From the NCBI GenBank assembly GCA_964252035.1, contig CAXUOO010000253.1: a stretch of DNA of 64,000 bases; one strand, written 5' to 3'. Each line of letters opens with the position of its first letter. Position 1 is the first letter of the stretch. A model generated the notes under the pieces. It was given only the letters and a program-made list of their open reading frames with translations. It made no database searches and was not told the origin of the DNA. This DNA is from Podarcis erhardii (taxonomy: Eukaryota). Positions 26,848 through 37,600 of this stretch are shown here, piece by piece. Made by a program: the position numbers and the translations under genes.

Positions 26848-28609
26848 GGATTGGTAAAGCAAGCCCTCATTGTTGTGAGTTTTTCCATTTGTGTGAATTT
26901 TTTTGGATCATCATGCTTTTGATGCTCGTAGAAAATCCCTGCGATTCATGAGTGGTTTTCCTTCTTCTTCTCAGCCTCATAAATATCTATTGTAACTGTT
27001 GTTGTTCTTCTCACCCCTTGCTATCGTTTTCACCAGTATTTGCCGTTATTCCTAATGTTTTAGACAAGGATCAATGGGGGGGATGATGCTGCTGTTTTTG
27101 TAGAGCTTCCGAATCAAGTTGTCGGATTTGTCGTTCGTTGATCGCCCTGACTATTCCTCTCCTTTTCGAAATATCTCGTGTTTCTTTGCTGCGAAAAAGG
27201 AATCTACCACAGTCTTTAGAGCCTACTACATAAATCTCTCAAAATCTACCTATATAAATATATATATATCTATGTGTCTTTGCTGAGGAAAAAGGAATCT
27301 ACTACAGTCTCTAAAGCCTACTACATAGAACTGTCAAAATATAGCTACATAAATAGATATATTGATACGGCTACATCCATTTCTCGCTGGCATTCGTGAG
27401 TCTGCGACTCCTTCTGGTGCTTTATAGAAACTCCGCTAATGCTGCTGCGGCTGGTAATATGTCGTCCTTGTGCTATTTCAAATTTGTGCTGTTACTGCCT
27501 AATATCTTGCTTGCACTGTCATCACTGCCAGACGCTGACGCCAGTTCAAAAAGGTCCATCCGTAGTAACTATTGCTCCTCTGGCTGCAGTTTTTCTTATT
27601 AACTATTTACATGAACATATATCTGACTTTTTTTGTGGTGGAAACGTTGGACTCTTTCTAGTTTGTAGCTTTGCTGGGGCTGCTGCTCCTGCTGCTGCCT
27701 CAAGGGAGTCCTCGGTGAGTTCCAGCGTCTGCCGCATCGTACTCTAGGAAGCCCTCTTCTTTTCCACCACTTCCCTACAACTACATTAATAGTTCCCTAC
27801 AGGACCATCTCGACATAGATATAAAAATTTTTTTTGTGTTTATGAGCATAGCTGACTGTGAAAGCCTCGCGTTTTTGAGACGTCTTTGCGTCTTTGAAGT
27901 GAGAGTACTACTGCAACGTCTCTTCTGTAGTTTTTTTTTGCATGCTTCTTCAAATCGAATAGACTCTTGCAGCAGAACAGCTGCGGCGTGTTTACTGCTT
28001 CTGCGCTTCTTTTAGTTCTGCCTTTTGTGGCTATCGAGTGGCATCGTTGAGCGAAATTTTGCTTCTGCTCATGCATGCAAAGAGCCCCGTCACGTTGGCT
28101 TCAGCTATTCTTTCAGCTGCTGCAGCTGCTGCACCTGCCTTCTATGTACTCCCGTAGTTATTCTGCCAGTGCTTCACTGCTCTGTCGACTGGTTCACTGG
28201 TTGTTGCTGCCTTTTTTTTGGATTGCTACGTTTCCCAGATGTCTCAGTTCAAAAACAGCTGCTATAAGGCTGCTGATGATTTTGCTGCTTGTGCATGGAT
28301 GATTCATTGGGGGGCGTTGGTGCCAGTAGCGCTTGTGCTGTTCGCCGTCTTTTGGTTTCCATTGCCTTTTTCCTGTCTGCTGCTGTGCCTGAACTTCTCC
28401 GCCGTTGCTCCTGTCACTTTGTCCACGTTTCCCCTGCTGTTCCTGGTGAGTATGTGATGGGTGCTGTTTCTGAACTAACTTCTGCTGGCCTTTTTATAGC
28501 TGCATATCGTCGCTGTTCTTGTTCCACTGGTGTCCCCAATACGTACATATATATATATATATATAATTAAAATACACTTGTGTTCTCTCCCCCTCTCTGT
28601 CTCTCTTCT

Positions 28610-28686
<77 letters not shown>

Positions 28687-31600
28687 TGATATACACTCTG
28701 GATGTAACCATGCATGTAAACTATACATCTAAATATATATAATATATATATATGTATATGCATATACATATGTATAGGTTTGGTGATGGAGTAGATTTTG
28801 TGACTTTAGGTCGGAATGGGAGTGGGAAATCAGCGCTGGCGCGTGCCCTTGCCTTTTGCTGTGGAGCTGAAAGTAGCAGCAGCACCAGCAACAGAAGTAC
28901 TAGCAGCAAAAGCCTGAATGAGCGTGTAAAGTTGTTTGAGTTGATACGTCAATATTGGTCAGACAGTGGGCCGCGTATGGCTGAAGTACGTCTCACTCTC
29001 TCCAACTTTTTACAGGCGCCACAGCAGCACCAGCAGCAACGTCAACGGAGAGAATCCAAGGGAGGGGGAGATGCTTTGGATGCGTCTTTTCTTGCGAAGA
29101 AGGACTTGTTGAGGAAGTTCAGAAAACGGTGAAAAAGCTCTACATTATGGTGCAGTCTCGCCTAAGATTTCATGACGTTCCTACGAGTAGACATCTAGTT
29201 CAAGCAGTCTTCATATATATATTTATTTACTTATTTATAGGCTTTCTTTCACATTTTACTTTCTCTGTCTTTCGGTTTTCACTTTCAAATCTCGCATACG
29301 TGTACGGGTAGATGCATTTCAAATTCTATGTTAAAGGTTGCGTGCCGCTCTGAATTTTTCCGTGTTAAAAAAGTCTCATATTACATATTAAGTTGGAGGG
29401 GTTGGAGTTGCTTCTTATTGCTGAAGCTGATATACATAGATATATATATGCTGTATGCTGCTTTGAGAGCGCACCACTGTCTTTGCTGCTGCCGATTACT
29501 TCTCAAACTGAGCATCTCCAGCTGTTCTTGTTGCACGAAGGCTTGTGCTGCTACTGTCGTAGACACCTGCTGCTGCTAACCTACAGTGTGTTATCGTAGT
29601 CAACTAGTGTCTCTCCACATAAGTATATATAATATGTGCTTCATTTTTAGTTTATCTGAAAGTGCTCGCTGCTACTATTTCTGTGCTCGATCAATCGAAT
29701 ATCTCTCCATCAGCATCTGTTTGGGTAGGAAGAAGCCTTTTCCACTTGCCACAGCCGTCTCTATAAGGAACTAGGAACATGTATGCTTATCCTCGATGCG
29801 CACATGTATTCGTACCAAATTGCTGCTCCCGTTCTTCCATTTCGCTTGCGTGCAGTGCAGTGCGACTGCTCGTATTGGTGCCCATCTTGCTGTGCAACAT
29901 TTGCGTTACATCTCTGAAGCTCAAATATTTTGCATGTATACGTGTGCACGTACAGGTAGATTTCTTACCATGTTTCCGTAGATGAATGTATCATGTGTTT
30001 CGTAGATTTACCATTTTGCTAATAAAACAGGAGGTTGCAGCAGCAGTGATCTTCACCATCGAAAGCTACGCATATATATTGCTGTTTTCCATATGTTTAC
30101 CATGCGGACGGAGGGCTGGTGAGCCCGTAGGAACCTCTGGAAGGGTTTTCCTCGTGTTAATATTGCTGCAACTGGTGTGTGTGCGGTTGCAGGTGTAATT
30201 ACGGCATTGTTAAAGTGTTGCACTTTTCTGTTACACGAAGTCTGCAGTTGCAGGTGTCGTTGTTTACAGATCCTCCTCTCGTTGCTGCGACTCTTCTGAT
30301 GCTGCTTTCGTAAAGGAGCTGCTTCTCTAGAAGACTTGCTGCTCTTTTTTCGTGTTATGCAAATCTGCTATTTAGCTTCTTCCAGAAACATTGCTGCATC
30401 TTCGTCTCCTATGGAGGCCTTGCTGCTGCTTCTACTACTGCTGTGAAGAATTTCTCTATCCACTACTACTGATATGGAGATTTTGTGCTGCTTCCGCTAC
30501 TGCTGTCGAGCTTTTTGCTGCGTCTCTTCTTATAGCAAATGGAAGCAGCACTGTGGAGACGTTGCTGCTGCTTCCGCAACTGCTATAAAGTGGTTCCTGC
30601 TGAGAATTGGCTGCTGCTTCTGCTGCTTCAACGCCTGTGAAGATCTTGTTGCTGATTTTGGTGCTTTTTCGAATTGGGGCTGTTCCGACTGCTGTAAAAA
30701 GACCTTTTGCTCTCGTTGTTGCGTTGTTGAGAGTGTGTGCTTGGGTCCGGCGTGGATGTGTGCATGCGTTTATTAGGCCTCTTTGAGCAGTGAAACGGCA
30801 GTAGAAGAACACAGAAGCCGCAATAGCAGTGCTTTGTTCGACGAAGAAGGCACGCTTTTGCTGCAGCAACAGCAACAAGCATATCTTCCGCAGGTGTACG
30901 GTAATGCAGTGACTATCGTACGCCGTGTATGGAAGAAACGACTGAACATAAGCAGTAGCAGTTTGTCCTCATCAACTCCTGCTGAAACTGCTGTTGCATA
31001 TAATAGTAGTAGTAGTAGTAGTAGAGAAGGGGGTGCTGGGCGACGGATCGGACGGAGTACTTCATGGCAGCCGGGGGAACGGGGGGGTCTTTGCGTGGGC
31101 AGCAAAAACAAGTGAAGAAGACAGCAGTTCAAAAGCTGCTTCAGTTTTTCAATATTGATTTGAACAACCCTGTGACTTCTCTTTCTCAAGAAAAAAGCAA
31201 GACTCTCCTTGTTTCCGCGAAAGACGAAGATCTTTACAACTTCTTTGCTGAAGTCACAGGCAAGCTGTGTCAGCTTTTGTAGAACCAAGCGTCCTGCTAG
31301 CTTTGATGATGTCTCTCTGTTCACTCTCCGTGAACTCACATATGTGTGTTTATGTACTTCTATTGAAAATAAGAAGACGAGCTGCTGCTGATGGTGTCCT
31401 CATGCTTCCACGACTTTTGCAATCAAGTTGGCATTGAAAACACCTCCATTTCAGCTGCCAAACTAACTGCACAACAGCTACCAACATAAGAGCTCCTATC
31501 AAAGTCTACAACAGTAACTAGTATACATGTGTGATGCTTCCACCAACGTATACAGCAGCTACCCTCCAGTACATGTTCTCCTATCGAAGTTTCAACAGCA

Positions 31601-34600
31601 ACCAGTATAGGCGCTTATACACACTATTCAACAGCTACCCCTATGTGTGTCCCTATCAAGTGTACACCAGCCGTCCCTATAATGGCTGTTATTAAACTAT
31701 ACGACAGCTGCTCTAATATAATGTGCTCGTATCGAAGAATTTCACAACTGCTTCCTTCGATCACAGTCACAATAGCTACCCCTATAAGTGCTTTTATTGC
31801 TTGGATATCAGGCCTTTTGGTGTTGCATTCAACGATGATTTTGTTGCGACTACGTCTCTGGTAGTGCTGCCTCTTCATCAGCTGCTTCCGTCATTTTTAG
31901 GTCTGAGCCCTCGCTTTGCTGGCCTTGTAGACTTCTAGACATATTTAACCATAAAAACAAACATATATATACATATATATATATATACATGTACACTTTG
32001 CGTTAGTTTTCTTCATGATTGCAGTTATGTACGCTGATGGTAATCGAAGGGTGATGCCGGGAACTGTGGTACACAGCACTTCTCTCAGATACATTTTTCT
32101 TTGTTTTTACTGGCGCAGCACTTGACAAAAATTCAAATGTAGTGTCTTTGGTATGTCTCGCTCCATTCGCTGCATTTGTTCCGAAGATAAAAGACGCCAC
32201 AACATTTTGAAACTTGTGGAGACACGAAACTGTTTTCATACAGAAGCGTAAAAATTATTGTTTTCCACCAATTTTGAGTATCTGTGCTCGCTTCTGATGT
32301 GGCTTGTAAAGCGGTAACTACACTTTACACTTCTTGAATAGCTTGTGTGAACTGTGTTCGAAGGCGCGTGAGAGATTTGCAGGCAGAACAATCAATGCAC
32401 AAATGTTTTACAGACCCCTTAGTGAGTGATTTGCATGCAGAACAACAATGCACAAATGTTTTGCAGACCCCTTAATAGAAAGCATGCTTCGTGTACTTAG
32501 CTAGAGATATGCAGACGCGAGTTCCAAAAAATGAGAAGTGCGAAGAAGCGCAGAGTAGTTTTCGCGCTGTTTCTTCTGCAAATTGCTTCTTTGAATAGGT
32601 CTGTCGTCAGCCCACCTGGAACTGCAGCAGCTGCAGGCTCGGCTGCTGCATGCAGGTGAAGAGCTGCAACGCAGCAACGACTTGTTGCTGCCTTTAGAAG
32701 ACGAAAAAGCGGTGTATACAGCTGCCAAGGAAGAGTGCGAACTTATCAAGGAAAAGGAAGCAGCTGCTGCGGCTCTACGCAGTCAGTTGCCCTTGCTTCT
32801 TCTGCGTGAAAAGCAGCAACAATACAAGCAGCGTCAACAGCAGCACTTGAAACTAAAGCAGGAGCAGCAGTTGCTGCAGCAGCAAGAGCAGCAACTGCAG
32901 CAGCAGCTGCTTGTCTTTGAGTCGACTTACCGAAGAGGTGGAGACGAAAAACGCCGAGGGGAAACTAGTGGTGGTGGTGGTAGCAGCAATAGCAGTGATG
33001 TTGGTGCATGCACAAGCCAACTTTCTGGGCACATGCAGCCGTTGCTGGCAGTTGAGGACTGCGAAAGAGCTCTGGAAGAAGTGCAGCAGCAACTGCGCCT
33101 TTCTACTCAGCAGTTGAAAGGCGTTGAAAAGGAGAAAGTGCTCAATGCCAGCAACACCAGCAAAGTGCAGAGACTGCTTGACGATCTCAGACTCCGGCTC
33201 GCTGAAGCTGAGAAAGTAATGTGCTGCTCTCTTCCATAATACTGTTATCGAAAATCAAAATGTGGTGCTCTCTTCTTTCTGTAGAACTGAATATAAAGCT
33301 GCTACAGCATCTCCCCCAATGGTGGTGGTGTTCAGTCGCATCGTGTGTCTCGCTTGTACATCTTTTCCTTTGTTGTTGATCAGGCTTATTTTCCTTGGTT
33401 TTAATGCCTTTCTATCCATTTCGATGCTGCACTCACTTCAGACTGCGTACAGAGAGGCAGCTCCCTTTTTTTCCGCGCAGCACAAACTCGATGCAAACTC
33501 GTCACGGGTGGTTCTCTCTTTTTCTCTCTATATAAGTGATACTCGACGTGTATACAGCAGTGGAGTTTCTAGGTTTTGGTGTTTCCGCTCTTTGCGGCTG
33601 CTGCTTCGAAACACATGTCTACAACAACAGTTTTTTGACTGCCCTTTCTCTTGATGGTGGTGCTGCTGCTGTGGCTGCTGCTCTTTTTATGCGCGTCTCT
33701 AAGAGTGTGTGTGTGTGTGTGTTTTGCTGCTGGCTTTTCAGCTCTTACTCTTACTGCTACTACTCGTGAGGGTGCCTGCTGTTTTTTTCTTGTATGTGTG
33801 TGGTGAAAGAATCACCGAAAGAAAAGGGCTTGTTTTGTTTTCTCTGCTTTTGGGCGCTGCTGCTGTTTGTTGGTGCTGTCTGCAGTTTCGCTAATTCCAA
33901 TAATAACAGACCAACTTGTGAACTCTCCAAAATAACCATTTCTCTTGTGTGGTTTTGCAGCAGCAATTCTTCCACCTATTTCTCTCTTTCTTTCGTTCTC
34001 TTTTCGCCGCTTTCCAACTACTTGTGCGCACCCAGCTGTCTCTCACATCGTCACTTGTTTGTGCTTTGGTGTTTGTGAATCTTCCAAGCATACACATACA
34101 TATAAATATTTACACATATAGATATGCATATATGTATATGCAGTTTTTTGATGAATAAGAAGCTTCCAGGGTGGGCGCTGACGTTTTTATTACATTGTTC
34201 TTTCTCTCGCACGGACTCGTTTCCGCTCCTTTTTCTGCTGAGCTAGCGTTTCCACTTCTGCATGCTGTTTGTTCCTTTTATTGACTGAAAAAAAGAACAA
34301 GGGCTCCTCCTCCTCCTCCAGCTGCTGCTGCTGCTGCTTTGTTGCGCGTAGTATGCTGGGCTGATTTTCAACTGCTGTTGATTTGATTTGCGGGTGCATG
34401 CAGAAAAAGGCGTAGAAAATCGAGAAGAAGCGGAGATAAGCACCAATAATGAAGATGCAGCAGCAGACGCAGAAGAGCAGCGAAGGCACGAAGAAGTGCA
34501 GCGACTAAAGGCGCTGGTTGAGTTGCGTAAAGAGGAGCTGCAACGCGCTTCTCTAGCTAGTCAAGAAAATGCAAAGTGTAGGCAGATGCGGATTCTTTTA

Positions 34601-37600
34601 CTAAAGACTTTGTAGCTTCTCGCCTACTGTGGGGTGATGTCTGTGTTTGTATCTCTCTTTTGAGTGATGTCCGCATGCAACGTGTGCAGGGCCTTGTCAC
34701 ACTGTCTTCACTCACCTTTACGTACTATATGTGTGAGTACATAGGTATTGCGCGATTGGAAGGGTCTTCGTCCGTAGAAAAGGAGCTCTTTCTTTTCCGG
34801 AAATTTACTTCAGTCCGCTTCTTTGTGACAGTGCACTGTCAAATATGAAGACACTAGAACCGCGTGTCTACAAGTTCCGAACTGTGTGGCCATGTGTTTA
34901 AAAATCACGTTTTGAAGTTGAGTGAACTCTTTATCTTTATTCAAACTATACTCTGGGCAGTGTAAAATGTAGCACGTCGATTGAGTCTAAGAGTTCGTTG
35001 CTGCAGTCGATGAGACGGGGCGAAATGAAGTATCAGCACATCTACGAAGAGATTGAAAAAATAGGCATACAGCAGAAGCGCCGCTTATTGTGCTATCATC
35101 TCAAAGCTTCGGCTCGACTTTGTGGCGCTGCTTCCACTGCTGTTCCCCTTGTTTTTGGCTGGTGTCGGCTGCTCTCTTTTCTTCCTAGTCTTTGCTAGCT
35201 GAACAGCTCTTTTGCTGCTGTTCATCTCTCGCTTCTTGAAGGGTCAACTTTGCATGTTGTTGTCGCCACTCCTGTGCTGCTACAAAGAGAGTGGCTAGGC
35301 AATGTGTGTTATGTAGTCCGTGTTTCTTCTTGTTTTCAAAGATTCCCTGTTGCTCCTTGGTTTCAGTCGTTTTCAGTTCGCTCTTTGTGACTCTTGGATT
35401 CACCATGGAGTTTAAGTTGGTCTACTGCTCATGCTGCTGCTCCTCTACTTTGCTGTTGCTGCCTGTTTCTTTGAGTTTTTTCGGTGTTTGTTCTGCTGTT
35501 TCCTCTCTCGTCTCCACCACTGCTACTTCTGCACTCTGTGCTTTCTACTGCTCAGAGTTGGGTCTGTGTGTTTGTACAAGATATTAGTTGGATTTAACAA
35601 TCTCTCTATATAAAGGTGTTCTTTTCTATGTACTGTCCGAACATCAGTGTGCAGTCGCAGTCGTCTACGCACAGAGCGCTGCCATACGTCAACTTGTGCT
35701 TTTTGTCCTTCTTCAGCTGCTCATCTGTTCGACCCAAATGATCCACTTAGACGTTGTCGTTGCTTTTCAGTTCCCATCAAAGAGCTAAATTTCACGACTT
35801 CTCTTTTTCTCTCATGTCCCACACAGCCAGATGTGGAAGTGTTGTTGGGTGTGTTTCGGGTGTATGTACACAGTGTTGGTATTCGTAAGCAGGTGGTCAG
35901 CCTACTTGGTGCAACAGATCTTTCAATTTGCGCACGTTAGGTGGAGTTTGGGGTGTATGTACACAGTGTTGGAATTCGTAAGCAGGTGGTCAGCCAATTT
36001 GGTGCAACAGATATTTTCGTTTTGCATGTTGGGTGGTGTTTGGGGTGTATGTACACAGTGTTGGTATTCGTAAGCAGGTGGTCAGCCTATTTTTTGCAAC
36101 AGATATTTTCGTTTTTGCATGTTGGGTGTGGTGTTTGGGGTGTATGTACACAGTGTTGGTATTCGTAAGCAGGTGGTCAGCCTATTTTTTGCAGCAGATA
36201 TTTTCGTTTTTGGATGTTGGGTGTGGTGTTTGGGGTGTATGTACACAGTGTTGGTATTCGTAAGCAGGTGGTCAGCCTATTTTTTGCAGCAGATATTTTC
36301 GTTTTTGCATGTTGGGTGTGGTGTTTGGGGTGTATGTACACAGTGTTGGTATTCGTAAGCAGGTGGTCAGCCTATTTTTTGCAACAGATATTTTCGTTTT
36401 TGGATGTTGGGTGTGGTGTTTGGGGTGTATGTACACAGTGTTGGTATTCGTAAGCAGGCGGTTAGCCTATTTTTTGCAACAGATATTTTCGCTTTTGCAT
36501 GTTGGGTGTGTTTGGGGTGTATGTACACAGTGTTGGTATTCGTAAGCAGGTGGTCAGCAGATATTTTCGTTTTTTGGATGTTGGGTGTGGTGTTTGGGGT
36601 GTATGTACACAGTGTTGGTATTCGTAAGCAGGTGGTCAGCCTATTTTTTGCAGCAGATATTTTCGTTTTTGCATGTTGGGTGTGTTTGGGGTGTATGTAC
36701 ACAGTGTTGGTATTCGTAAGCAGGTGGTCAACAGATATTTTCGTTTTTGCATGTTGGGGGTGGTGTATGGGGTGTATGTACACAGTGTTGGTATTCGTAA
36801 GCAGGTGGTCAGCATATTTGGTGCAACAGATATTTTCGTTTTTGCATGTTGGGTGTGTTTGGGGTGTATGTACACAGTGTTGGTATTCGTAAGCAGGTGG
36901 TCAGCCTATTTTTTGCAGCAGATATTTTCGTTTTTGCATGTTGGGTGTGTTTGGGGTGTATGTACACAGTGTTGGTATTCGTAAGCAGGTGGTCAACAGA
37001 TATTTTCGTTTTTGCATGTTGGGGGTGGTGTTTGGGGGTGTATGTACACAGTGTTGGTATTCGTAAGCAGGTGGTCAGCATATTTGGTGCAACAGATATT
37101 TTCGTTTTTGCATGTTGGGTGTGTTTGGGGTGTATGTACACAGTGTTGGTATTCGTAATCAGGTGGTCAACAGTTATTTTCGTTTTTGCATGTTGGGGGT
37201 GGTGTTTGGGGTGTATGTACACAGTGTTGGTATTCGTAAGCAGGTGGTCAGCATATTTGGTGCAACAGATATTTTCGTTTTTGCATGTGGGGGTGGTGTT
37301 TGGGGTGTATGTACACAGTGTTGGTATTCGTAAGCAGGTGGTCAGCATATTTGGTGCAACAGATATTTTCGTTTTTGCATGTTGGGTGTGTTTGGGGTGT
37401 ATGTACACAGTGTTGGTATTCGTAAGCAGGTGGTCAGCATATTTGGTGCAACAGATATTTTCGTTTTTGCATGTTGGGTGTGTTTGGGGTGTATGTACAC
37501 AATTTTGGTATTCGTAATCAGGTGGTCAACAGTTATTTTCGTTTTTGCATGTTGGGGTGGTGTTTGGGGTGTATGTACACAGTGTTGGTATTCGTAAGCA

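Noticed and set aside
28752-28809. MYRFGDGVDFVTL as the N-terminal lead into Walker A
   Set aside because: TTTAG|GT at 28809 joins exon 1 (NIVS-G) in phase and restores the SMC head beta-strands, so the upstream part is intronic.
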